This document shows positions 24,479-32,674 of a stretch of 32,674 nt of DNA, piece after piece. Positions within the stretch are counted from its first letter, which is position 1; each line of letters starts with the position of its first letter. The DNA lies in the NCBI GenBank assembly GCA_018263655.1, contig JAANWY010000334.1, forward strand, positions 1 through 32,674. The letters are read 5' to 3'. Source of the DNA: Anaerolineales bacterium. Its GTDB lineage: Bacteria > Chloroflexota > Anaerolineae > Epilineales > JAANWY01. The notes beneath the pieces are model-generated. The model saw only the letters and a program-made list of their open reading frames with translations, was not told the DNA's origin and did no database searches. A program made the translations under genes and the position numbers.

Positions 24479-25097
24479 GGAGGTAGAGAATCACCAGGAC
24501 GACCAGTGCGCCAATCAACACAGGCCGCCGCTCCGGTGGAACGAAGTCTTCTGCTACGTCCTTCGCAACGGTTACAGCCACTTCGGTCTGACTCGGTGTG
24601 GCAAGTTCAGGCTTCACTTCCGGTTTCACTTCAGCTTCAGTGGCCTCGGGCGGCTGCCGGCGCGCCTGAATCTGTGCGTCAATGCTTTCCAGTCCCTGAC
24701 GCGTCAGAGACTTAGCTGTGCTGTCCAACAGGCGTTGTCCCACGCTCGCGACGCGGCCTCCGACCTGGACATTGCCGACGTAGTGCATGGTCGTGGAGCC
24801 ATCCTGCTCTTCCAGCGAGGCGTCACCCTCGCCATTGACGAATCCGGGAGCACCTTGACCACTGACCTCCATGTGGCAACTCTCCGGCGGATTCAGGTCT
24901 GACAGGCTGACGCTGCCTTTGAAGCGGCCCTGCACTGGCCCGATTCGGATGTTCAGTGTAGCTTTGTACTCGTTATCATCAACCTGTTCGAGTTCTTCGC
25001 AGCCCGGAAGGGCTTTACTGAGCACTTCCGGATCGAGCATCGCTTCCCACACTTCATCGCGTGGGGCAGCGAAAGTGTAGTTTCCTTCAAGTTTCAT
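24450..25097 (-). CDS. coxG: CoxG (SRPBCC) accessory protein with C-terminal membrane anchor
   Basis: VWEAMLDPEVLSKALPGC, IGPVQGRF, VGGRVASVGQRL, C-terminal hydrophobic helix followed by RR. Confidence 0.9.
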   Translation of the reverse strand: MKLEGNYTFAAPRDEVWEAMLDPEVLSKALPGCEELEQVDDNEYKATLNIRIGPVQGRFKGSVSLSDLNPPESCHMEVSGQGAPGFVNGEGDASLEEQDGSTTMHYVGNVQVGGRVASVGQRLLDSTAKSLTRQGLESIDAQIQARRQPPEATEAEVKPEVKPELATPSQTEVAVTVAKDVAEDFVPPERRPVLIGALVVLVILYLLSRRGNAEH

Positions 25098-25119
25098 TTA
25101 GTACCGCTCCTACGTGGTG

Positions 25120-25193
25120 TAAGTCAGTTTTGACTATCAGGATCGGTAATAGAGCGGACAGGATTACCGTGTTTGATAGTCAAAACTGATTTA
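25120..25193. repeat. 74-bp palindromic mini-element in the coxG leader
   Basis: taagtcagttttgactatca / tgatagtcaaaactgattta (19/20 match) with inner cggtaat / attaccg. Confidence 0.75.
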
Positions 25194-25288
25194 GGGAAAT
25201 TGACTCAACGTCATCTCGCAAAAGCTCGACGTCGTGGGATGGCCCTATATCGAGACGAGCTACGGGTCTACAGGCGGAAAGTGTGCAT

Positions 25289-25317
25289 ATTCTATCAGGG
25301 GCAAAGTGCCCCGTCAA
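25289..25317 (-). promoter_or_regulatory. Sigma70-type promoter for coxG
   Basis: Minus strand TTGACG, 17 bp spacer, TAGAAT, with an extended TG. Confidence 0.65.
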
Positions 25318-25361
25318 GCTTCACTGTGAGCATGTGACCAGCCTCCGCGGCGTATCGGGAA

Positions 25362-25390
25362 TTGACATGGTCTAGCAGGACCAGCATAAT
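25362..25390 (+). promoter_or_regulatory. Sigma70-type promoter facing surE
   Basis: TTGACA (25362-25367), 17 bp spacer, CATAAT (25385-25390). Confidence 0.65.
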
Positions 25391-25398
25391 GTATGCGT

Positions 25399-25613
25399 TC
25401 CCCCCGCCGACCCCTTTTTCCCGGGTTGCGCAACTGCGAGGGCGGTCGCCTGAGTAGCTTGACAATGTCACATTCGGCTCAGGAACAGTCCTTTGATCGC
25501 CGAAGGTCTCCTGACCGAGGCGAAACGGGCCCTTCGTCAGGCTCAGGACGCCGCTCGGTCAGGAGACCTTCGCCCAACGTGGGGCGGTAATGTGACATTG
25601 TCAAAGCAGTTAC
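25399..25613. mobile_element. Partial MITE-D (right half) interrupted by MITE-C
   Basis: ccgacccctttttcc...ctgcgagggc...gcctgagtag|MITE-C|gcagttac matches the right half of 30398-30537. Confidence 0.65.
25458..25605. mobile_element. MITE-C copy 3
   Basis: TIR cttgacaatgtcacatt / aatgtgacattgtcaaa. Flanks GTAG / GCAG. Confidence 0.85.
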
Positions 25614-25645
25614 GTATACGGATAACTGATCACTGTTGACGCTAG

Positions 25646-25930
25646 GTAACCGTTCAGGGGTATCACGACTAGCATCCCGAGTAGCGCGAAACGACGTCCT
25701 GAGCTTGACGAAGGGCGACGTTGAGCGCGTATCGAGGCAACGTCCTGAGCCCAGTCGAAGGGGGTGCGGGTTTGCGACGGTTCTTCGCACAAGCCGCACC
25801 CCCTTCGACTGGGCTCAGGACGTCGCTTCGATACGACCTCGGCTTTACCTCGGTCTACTCAGGCGGCGTCCTGAGCCTGTCGAAGGGCCTGTCGAAGGGA
25901 TGCTCCATAGGTTACCCCCTGAACGCTTAC
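25646..25930. mobile_element. MITE-A copy 2, IS66-type
   Basis: Same TIRs as 197-444. Exact 8-bp duplication GACGCTAG (25638-25645, 25931-25938). Confidence 0.9.
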
Positions 25931-25962
25931 GACGCTAGAAGCTGAGAGAAGCGAGCCATAAC

Positions 25963-26757
25963 ATGTCTGAACAACCACGCCCCTACATCCTCGTGACCAA
26001 CGACGACGGCGTCGAGGCGCCCGGGCTCCTAACACTGAAGCGCGCCCTAGACGAGGTCGGGGAAACCGTCGTGTTTGCCCCAGACCACAACTGGTCGGCG
26101 GCCGGCCACACCAAGACCATGCACAAGCCGCTGCGCGTCGCGTACGCCGAGCTGGACGACGGCTCGCCGGTCTATACCACCAACGGTGCCCCGTCAGACT
26201 GCATCGCGCTGGCGCTACTGGGTATCCTGGACCGCGAGCCCGACTTGGTGGCCTCGGGCATCAACAATGGCCCGAATCTCGGTCACGACATCACCTATTC
26301 GGGGACGGTGGCCGCCGCCATGGAGGCCGTGATCTTCGGCCTGCCAGCGCTGTCTGTGTCGCTGGACACGTACGAGGCGCCGGAGCCGGCCGCGCTCCAA
26401 GCCGCAGCGTCATTTGCGGCGAAGTTGGCGTCGGCGGTGCTGGAACGTGGGCTGCCGCCCGGGCATCTGCTCAACGTCAATGCCCCGAACCGGCCGGCGG
26501 ATGAGCTTGCGGGTGTCGAGATCACGCGGCTGGGCCGGCGAGTCTATCAGGACGTGCTCATTGAGCGCACGGACCCTCGGGGCCGGCCCTACTACTGGAT
26601 CGGCGGCGATGCACCAACCGGCTTTGACGAAGAAGGAACCGACATCGGCGCAGTGTCACAGGGCAAAATCTCCGTGACGCCAATCCATCTGGATATGACT
26701 GCCTCTGACCTGACGGCAGAGATTGAGCGTTGGGACCTAGCATTCGCTTGCACATGA
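25963..26757 (+). CDS. surE: 5'/3'-nucleotidase SurE
   Basis: ILVTNDDG, GAPSDC, SGINNGPNLG, YSGTVAAAME, DPRGRPYYWIGG, ISVTP. Confidence 0.96.
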   Translation: MSEQPRPYILVTNDDGVEAPGLLTLKRALDEVGETVVFAPDHNWSAAGHTKTMHKPLRVAYAELDDGSPVYTTNGAPSDCIALALLGILDREPDLVASGINNGPNLGHDITYSGTVAAAMEAVIFGLPALSVSLDTYEAPEPAALQAAASFAAKLASAVLERGLPPGHLLNVNAPNRPADELAGVEITRLGRRVYQDVLIERTDPRGRPYYWIGGDAPTGFDEEGTDIGAVSQGKISVTPIHLDMTASDLTAEIERWDLAFACT

Positions 26758-26774
26758 CGTACATTCTCCGGCGC

Positions 26775-26803
26775 TTGACGCTCTTCTTCGATACACCTAT
26801 AAT
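26775..26803 (+). promoter_or_regulatory. Near-consensus sigma70 promoter for the surface-protein/exosortase genes
   Basis: TTGACG (26775-26780), 17 bp spacer, TATAAT (26798-26803). Confidence 0.75.
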
Positions 26804-26955
26804 CCAGTTGAGGTTCCCACGTCCCCTTGCCCGGATGCGTATCTGACCAGACAGGTTGTGCGTTCTGAATATGTTGAAGCTGTTTGTGTCTAGCAGGCCG
26901 ACGTACCTCGTTTTCAGCCTTTCGAACGTCCCATTCAGTGCCCAGGAGTAACAGC

Positions 26956-28392
26956 ATGCGCCGACATTTTGTCTCGGTTTTTCTACTCACTCTCGCCCTC
27001 ACCATCAGCGGTAGTTTAGTTGCCAACGCCCAAGGCACCAAGGGGGGCGAAGACCCGCAGCAGGCTGGCGAACCCCCAGCCGTCACAATCGATAATGACT
27101 ACATCCGCGTCTCTGCCGATGACGACGGTCAGTTTGTCATCGGCACAACCGGCGGCGATCCTGGCCTCCCCACGGACGACAACAAACGTCTGCTCTACGG
27201 TTATCCGGACGAAATCTGGTCGTCGTTTGCGACAGTGCGCGTGATCGTCGACGGGCAGACTCGAGACATTCGTCTTCTAGACCAGGTGCCGGTCGAAGGT
27301 CCGATCCGACAGGGAAATGCCATCATCACGACGTGGCTCGTTGATGGGATCCGCGTAACCCAGAGACTTGAGCTGGCCTTCAACGTATACACAAACCGGG
27401 AAGACACCATCCGCATTCAGTACACGTTGACGAACACAGCCGGCACCTCTCACGCGGCCGGCGTCCGCTCGATGCTCGATATCGCAATCGGTCGCGTCGG
27501 GCCTGTGGTCGAGGGGGACGGGGCGCCGTACTTCGTCCCTGGTGCCGGCAACTTGACGCACGAGGCGGAGTTCACGGGAAACATCCCCGCCATTTGGAAG
27601 GCCTTTGAGTCGCTCACCTTCGACCCGGCCAGCACCAAGGGCCAGGGCATTCTCGTGGGCCCCGGAGCGACACCACCGGACCGCCTCGTACTGGCCCGGT
27701 GGGGGCGCTTCGAACAGGAGGATGGCATCCGCTTTCACCCGTGGGACTACACCGTCAATCCTGCGGCCGGCTTAACGCTTGACAGCGCAGTCGCGATGTA
27801 CTGGAATCCTCGAGACCTGGCGCCTGGTGCCTCGCGGACGGTCACCACGTTCTACGGGCTCGCCGGGCCGGGCGGTGGTCAGGCGTGGATTGACGCCCCT
27901 GTGACGCTACAATGTCCGGACCTTACCTTCTCAGCCACACACTGGGTCGCCAATACCGGCGACGAGCCGTTTACGGGTGGCAGTTCGACGATCACACTGC
28001 CGGGCGAACTGGAGATCGTTGATGGCCCCGCCACCCAATCGCTGGGCGCCATCGAGCCCGGCGCGGCTCGTTCAGCCACGTGGATACTGCGACCTCTCTC
28101 CGACGCCCAGGGGGACTTCAGCTACAGTGTGGCGAGCGAGTTCGAGACAGGTTCAGAGCCCTTGACAGCCGAGTCGAGTGTTCACGTGCCTGTGTGCACC
28201 ACGCCCACGCCACCCACACCGACGCCGACGCGGGTCGTAACGCCGGCAGGTCCCACCCCCACGCCTGTGCCGCCAGCAGAGGTGCCTGAGGCTAACACAT
28301 TGATCCTGCTGGCCAGTGGTCTCGGCGCCCTGGCCGGCTACGCACAATTGCGCCGCAGAGCGCGGGGGAGTGAGGACGGCGCTGCGAAGTAG
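26956..28392 (+). CDS. Secreted protein with Pro/Thr linker and PEP-CTERM-like sorting signal (VPEA variant)
   Basis: RBS AGGAG before ATG 26956. Signal peptide [16 protein letters not shown]...ANA. C-terminus [29 protein letters not shown] gives motif + TM + Arg cluster. Exosortase nearby. Confidence 0.85.
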   Translation: MRRHFVSVFLLTLALTISGSLVANAQGTKGGEDPQQAGEPPAVTIDNDYIRVSADDDGQFVIGTTGGDPGLPTDDNKRLLYGYPDEIWSSFATVRVIVDGQTRDIRLLDQVPVEGPIRQGNAIITTWLVDGIRVTQRLELAFNVYTNREDTIRIQYTLTNTAGTSHAAGVRSMLDIAIGRVGPVVEGDGAPYFVPGAGNLTHEAEFTGNIPAIWKAFESLTFDPASTKGQGILVGPGATPPDRLVLARWGRFEQEDGIRFHPWDYTVNPAAGLTLDSAVAMYWNPRDLAPGASRTVTTFYGLAGPGGGQAWIDAPVTLQCPDLTFSATHWVANTGDEPFTGGSSTITLPGELEIVDGPATQSLGAIEPGAARSATWILRPLSDAQGDFSYSVASEFETGSEPLTAESSVHVPVCTTPTPPTPTPTRVVTPAGPTPTPVPPAEVPEANTLILLASGLGALAGYAQLRRRARGSEDGAAK

Positions 28393-30385
28393 GGGGGAAG
28401 AGAAGACGTCGATTCCCCGACCGGCGAAGGCCTCGGGTGCGTTAGCTTGGTCGCTCGCCCTCATACTCATCGGCGCGGTGACCTGGTCAGGATGGCACGT
28501 TGCACGGCAAGCCAGTGGGTTCATGAAGCCCCTGGCTGCACACGCCATCCAGGAATCCCTCTGGAAGACAACGGGCGACAACATCCCCATTCTGCGGCGA
28601 GCGGCGGATCAGGAATGGCCGGCTGTCGCGCACAACTCACAAGTCGGTGAATATTTGGTGGTCTGGCAGGACCAGCGCAATTTCGACACCACGCGCCTGG
28701 ATGTTTTCGCCCAGCGGCTAGCAGCTAATGGCACTTTCATCGGGGACGCGTTTCCTGTCGTTCAGCAGCCAATGAACCAGAGTTTCCCCCACGTTGCCTA
28801 CAATCCGATCCGCAACGAGTTCTTGGTCGTGTGGTCCGACCAGCGGGATGTTCGCACCGCCGGCTCTGATGTATACGCTCGCCGGGTTGGTGCTGATGGG
28901 GCACTCGTTGGGGCAGAAATCCCGATCGCGACCGCGTTCCGTCCACAGCTGTACCCTCGGGTCGCCTACAACCCTGATGCGGATGAGTATCTGATCGTCT
29001 GGCAAGATAGCCGGCAGAGCTTCGTGACGAGTTCAGACATCTACGGCCAGCGGATAGACGGCGATGGTTCACTGCTCGACGCCAACTTCGTCATCTCCGA
29101 CAACGCGGCGGCCCAGAACCAACCCGATGTCGCCTATAGCTCCGCCACCCAGCACTACTTGGTCGCGTGGGATGATGAGCGCAATTCGGACGGGACCGGC
29201 GTCGATATTTACGCTCAATTGGTGGCCGGCACAGGAATACTGAACGGTGGAGACTTCGCGCTGTCGACAGTTCCCCTCAACCAGGGAAACGTCAATATCG
29301 GCTATAACACGCATCAAGACGAGTTTCTCGTTGCCTGGGAGGACTTTCGCGATCTCAGCGTCACTAACATTGACATCTACGGCCAAGCGGTGAATGCCAA
29401 TGGTGCGCTTCGCGGGGACAACATCCCGCTGTCGACGGGGAACAATGCCGAAAGGGAGCCACATGTGGCTTTCGACTCCAGTTTGAACGGGTATCTGCTG
29501 GTTTGGCGGGACGATCGAAACGAAGCCGGAACTGGCGGGGACATCTTTGGTCGCGCGCTGGACGGTGCCGGCGCTCAGGTGGGGGGCGAGTTCGAAGTCG
29601 CCGTCGAAATCGGTACCCAAAGGAGAGCACAAGTAGCCTATGACGCTGTGGCAGGGGAGTTCCTGGTGACGTGGGAGGACGCACGCAACTTCTTCCTGGG
29701 CGGCCGCGATATCTACGGGCAGCGCATTGAACAGCGTGCGCAGCCAACGGCCACGCCAACGAACACCGCCACGCCGACGGGCACACCGACGGGCACGCCC
29801 ACGTCGACCACAACCCCGACGGTTGACCTGACGCCTACAACGACGCTCACGCCAACGCCGACGGGCCCGACCAACACACCGACAGCGACGCCAATACTAC
29901 CCACACCGACGAATACGCCGTGTGCCTACCCGCCCTGTACGGGTGGGGCGGGCACGGTGTATGTGCCGCTGATACGGCGCGATCACCTGCCGTGCGGCTA
30001 CGACAACCCAGACGCTGACGAGCCGGCCAACAATCAGTGGGAGAGTGCCACACCTTACGGCTACGGTCGTTGGGATGGCCGGACATTCTGGGATCCCAGT
30101 GCCCCGCCGGGCCAGGAGGGTGATGACGTCGACTGGTACGCGTGGGTCGTGGAATGGACGGGGCCCCACTGGATCTGGCCCGAAAACGCGAGCCACAATG
30201 TCGTGGTCTACTCTGAGGTCTTCCGCGCCACCGGTGATCCACGGCGGCCGCTGGAACTGCTAGCTTTCGGAAAGGGCGTACACGAGGTGGAACTAGAAGC
30301 CGGCACCACGTACTATGTGAAGGTCAAGAATGTAGGTGCGAATCCGCCATCCGTCGGTTGCTATGACCTCATCCTCGATCCGTAA
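28316..30385 (+). CDS. Surface protein: N-terminal TM, seven ~56-aa repeats (beta-propeller), PT linker, VYVPLI motif, PPC-like C-terminal domain
   Basis: Seven repeats of PxVAYN...E(Y/F)LVVWxDxR...DIYGQR, then PTATPTNT tract, [14 protein letters not shown]...DVDWY...YYVKV. Start uncertain (28316 or GTG 28370). Confidence 0.8.
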   Translation: MVSAPWPATHNCAAERGGVRTALRSRGEEKTSIPRPAKASGALAWSLALILIGAVTWSGWHVARQASGFMKPLAAHAIQESLWKTTGDNIPILRRAADQEWPAVAHNSQVGEYLVVWQDQRNFDTTRLDVFAQRLAANGTFIGDAFPVVQQPMNQSFPHVAYNPIRNEFLVVWSDQRDVRTAGSDVYARRVGADGALVGAEIPIATAFRPQLYPRVAYNPDADEYLIVWQDSRQSFVTSSDIYGQRIDGDGSLLDANFVISDNAAAQNQPDVAYSSATQHYLVAWDDERNSDGTGVDIYAQLVAGTGILNGGDFALSTVPLNQGNVNIGYNTHQDEFLVAWEDFRDLSVTNIDIYGQAVNANGALRGDNIPLSTGNNAEREPHVAFDSSLNGYLLVWRDDRNEAGTGGDIFGRALDGAGAQVGGEFEVAVEIGTQRRAQVAYDAVAGEFLVTWEDARNFFLGGRDIYGQRIEQRAQPTATPTNTATPTGTPTGTPTSTTTPTVDLTPTTTLTPTPTGPTNTPTATPILPTPTNTPCAYPPCTGGAGTVYVPLIRRDHLPCGYDNPDADEPANNQWESATPYGYGRWDGRTFWDPSAPPGQEGDDVDWYAWVVEWTGPHWIWPENASHNVVVYSEVFRATGDPRRPLELLAFGKGVHEVELEAGTTYYVKVKNVGANPPSVGCYDLILDP

Positions 30386-30397
30386 GGCTGTATTGAT

Positions 30398-30537
30398 GCG
30401 ACTACTCAGGCACTTCGCACCTACACAAGAAGAGACCGGAAAAAGGGGTCGGTGGAGGGCGGCCGCCCTCCACCGACCCCTTTTTCCGGATTTCCCACCT
30501 GCGAGGGCAGTAGCCGGGCGATAGCCTGGGTAGTTAC
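30398..30537. mobile_element. MITE-D, IS66-type
   Basis: Ends gcgactactcagg / cctgggtagttac (degenerate GTAACTACTCAGG). Exact 8-bp duplication GTATTGAT (30390-30397, 30538-30545). Perfect internal palindrome ccggaaaaaggggtcggtggagggcggccgccctccaccgacccctttttccgg. Confidence 0.85.
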
Positions 30538-30560
30538 GTATTGATTCGATTGATAACGCG

Positions 30561-31385
30561 ATGCTAAACCGAGACCGGGAACACATTTTTGGCATTACGG
30601 CCATGGTGGCGCTTCTGGGCCTTGTCTTCCTGCCGACGCTGCGCTGGCTGGTCGACTCTTGGCTGGGGGATCCGTACTACTCGCATGGGTTTCTTGTCCC
30701 AGTTGTGGCCGGCTATCTCATCTGGCGCCAACGCCATGTGAAAATCGAGCCGTGGGACGCCGGCCTGGCGGTCGTGACGCTGGGCGTGATCTTGCACATT
30801 GCGTCTCTGCCCACGCGAAATCATATCCTGTCGGCGGCTGGTCTACTCGTTGTGCTGGTCGGACTGACGCTCACCTTTGTCGGCCGGCGGGCGGCGAGAC
30901 GCTGGGCCTTCGCGTTTGCGTTCCTGGGCACCGCGATCCCCCTGCCGTTTGTGGAACGCTTCAGCCCGCCGCTGGAGGCCTTCGTTGCTCGCTACGCAGC
31001 CGTGTGCGTGCGTCCGTTAGGCGTTGTCGCTACGACGATCGGTTCTCAAGTGCAGCTCGCATCGTCAGCCTTCACTGTTGGCGCCCCGTGCAGCGGTCTG
31101 CGATCGATCGTTGCGTTGTTCACCCTGACGATCCTGTTTATCTACCTTGTGCGGGGGCCATGGTGGGGTAAGGTGACCCTCCTTGTCGCTGCACTGCCTA
31201 TCGCTGTTGCAGCCAATCTGATGCGCGTGTCATCGTTGTTTTTCGTCGCGGACAATCTGGGAGCGGACGCCGGCCTGCGCTACTATCACACGCTCTCCAG
31301 TCCAACCCTCTTCCTCTTCGCCCTCGGCATGCTGCTGCTTACCAGCCGAGGCGTAAAGTGTCACGCTATCCGATCGGACATTTAG
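30561..31385 (+). CDS. xrt: Exosortase/archaeosortase family protein
   Basis: YYSHGFLVP, catalytic Cys in PCSGLRS, Arg in ANLMRV, His in YYH. Multi-TM. Confidence 0.92.
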   Translation: MLNRDREHIFGITAMVALLGLVFLPTLRWLVDSWLGDPYYSHGFLVPVVAGYLIWRQRHVKIEPWDAGLAVVTLGVILHIASLPTRNHILSAAGLLVVLVGLTLTFVGRRAARRWAFAFAFLGTAIPLPFVERFSPPLEAFVARYAAVCVRPLGVVATTIGSQVQLASSAFTVGAPCSGLRSIVALFTLTILFIYLVRGPWWGKVTLLVAALPIAVAANLMRVSSLFFVADNLGADAGLRYYHTLSSPTLFLFALGMLLLTSRGVKCHAIRSDI

Positions 31386-31396
31386 GGAGCTGGTGT

Positions 31397-32197
31397 ATGG
31401 AGGATGGAGAACGGAAAATGGAAAATGGAAGGGAGCGGATAGCCGATGAAGCTCCGTCTTCCGCCTTCTCTTTTCCATCTTCCCTTCCCCGTTTCAGCCT
31501 GGTTGCCGGCTTGTTGCTTCTGGCATTCGGTGCCTCACTCCTCTTTCAGCCTGGGATGCTGGGAGCCGTGCCGGGAGAGGGTGAGCGCCCGGCGGCGGGT
31601 GCCGGCACGAGGGGGGACGTGTACTTCACCGACACCGAAGGCTGGTACCGCATCACCGACAACGAGCGCGCCGTTCTCAGCCCGTATGCGCTGCACCTCG
31701 ATGCCCTGCCGGACAGCTTGCCGATGGACCTCGGCCCGTGGCGTGGCAGAGAGCTACCCCTTGGCCCCGAAATCGACGAGTGGTTCGACGAACCAGAGGT
31801 TGCCCTCCAGCGCGAGTATCGGAATGCCGGCGACGACATCGTCTGGCTCAGCGTCTTCGGCAGTCGGGGTCCCAAGAGTTTCCGGCTGTTCGAACACACG
31901 CCGGCAACATGCTACCCTTTATCCGGCTGGGAGATGACGCGGGAGGATGTGGACACGATCCCGATTGGCAGCGGCGAGATCTACGCGCGACGTGGTTTCG
32001 CTGTGAACGGTGCACACGAACTGATCGTCCTGTACCTGTATCTCTGGGATAATCCAAACCGTGACTCGGCCGATGGTGTTGTGTCCATTCGGGCGAGTGC
32101 CCCCATTCTGACCAGCGAGGCGGAAACGCTCCGCTTACTGAAGCAGGAGTTTCTGCCCTATCTGTTCACGGACGTCGTGCCGTGGCGCCGGTTCTAG
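31397..32197 (+). CDS. Exosortase-associated EpsI-like protein
   Basis: One TM, then LPMDLGPWRG, QREY, EHTPATCYPLSGW. Directly after the exosortase; RBS AGGGAG before ATG 31397. Confidence 0.75.
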   Translation: MEDGERKMENGRERIADEAPSSAFSFPSSLPRFSLVAGLLLLAFGASLLFQPGMLGAVPGEGERPAAGAGTRGDVYFTDTEGWYRITDNERAVLSPYALHLDALPDSLPMDLGPWRGRELPLGPEIDEWFDEPEVALQREYRNAGDDIVWLSVFGSRGPKSFRLFEHTPATCYPLSGWEMTREDVDTIPIGSGEIYARRGFAVNGAHELIVLYLYLWDNPNRDSADGVVSIRASAPILTSEAETLRLLKQEFLPYLFTDVVPWRRF

Positions 32198-32204
32198 AAT
32201 TTTC

Positions 32205-32255
32205 GTGACTGCTCAGGCACTTCGTGCCTACACAAGAAGACAGCAGCCTGAGTAG
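32205..32255. mobile_element. Internally deleted MITE-D interrupted by MITE-C
   Basis: gtgactgctcaggcacttcgtgcctacacaagaaga...agcctgagtag matches both ends of 30398-30537. Confidence 0.7.
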
Positions 32256-32378
32256 TTTGACAATGTCACATTACCGTCCCACGTTGGGCGAAGGTCTCCT
32301 GACCGAGCCCGATTCGCCTCGGTCAGGAGACCTTCGGCGATCAAAGGACTGTTTCTGAGCCGAATGTGACATTGTCGG
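32256..32378. mobile_element. MITE-C copy 4 (opposite orientation to copy 3)
   Basis: tttgacaatgtcacatt ... aatgtgacattgtc. Near reverse complement of 25458-25605 without the extra insert. Right junction degenerate. Confidence 0.82.
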
Positions 32379-32412
32379 TGAGAATTAGGCCGTGTAGTGG
32401 GTATCGCTCGCT

Positions 32413-32674
32413 ATGGTGAATTGGCTAGACCTTGTCTTCGTTGTCGTACTGCTGTGGGCTGTGCGCTCGAGCTGGGAGGCGGGCCTCGTTCAAGAGACGT
32501 TCACCTTGTTGGGTTTGGCCGCCGGCATCATCGTCGCCGGCCAGCTCTACGCGCTCGTGGCGCGGGGGCTATTCGGTCAGGTGCCGAGAGAGGCAGCGAA
32601 CGCCGTCACATTCTTGGCGATCCTGGTGGCTGTCTGGTTCGCGGTTGGCTTCCTCGGCCGGCTGGTCCAGCAGA
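32413..32674 (+). CDS. cvpA: CvpA (colicin V production) family membrane protein, runs off the window end
   Basis: Manual translation MVNWLDLVFVVVLLWAVRSSWEAGLVQETFTLLGLAAGIIVAGQLY... fits the NxxD...G...E...G CvpA pattern. Not in the ORF track because it has no stop. Confidence 0.8.
   Translation, partial: MVNWLDLVFVVVLLWAVRSSWEAGLVQETFTLLGLAAGIIVAGQLYALVARGLFGQVPREAANAVTFLAILVAVWFAVGFLGRLVQQ

Overview
GC-rich bacterial DNA, most likely Chloroflexota/Anaerolineae-like. That lineage is inferred from the YxPL(I/V) surface-protein motif, the heptamer repeats and the repeat-rich spacers. Bases ~550-25100 hold a mostly + strand N-heterocycle catabolic cluster: a BMP-type nucleoside/nucleobase ABC importer, a MatB-like CoA ligase, the FdrA/DUF1116/DUF2877 (AllFGH/YahFGE-like) trio, a tandem double-cyclase amidohydrolase, a CoxMSL(+G)-type Mo hydroxylase that is not form I CODH, a thiolase-fold protein lacking the catalytic Cys, and a malonamidase-E2-like amidase. 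Together these suggest an undescribed oxidative pyrimidine route (uracil -> barbiturate -> ureidomalonate -> malonamate + carbamoyl-P -> malonate -> malonyl-CoA); this is inference. Many operon junctions carry passenger genes (Rpn with an internal RpnS-like start, a broken MenAT1-like TA pair, a truncated Uma2, DinB) or small non-autonomous elements. At least five MITE families are readable by eye, several with exact target-site duplications and nested insertions whose order can be reconstructed. The right end carries surE, a PEP-CTERM-like protein, a 7-repeat beta-propeller surface protein, an exosortase with an EpsI-like partner, and the start of cvpA. No rRNA, tRNA, CRISPR array or intact transposase was seen.
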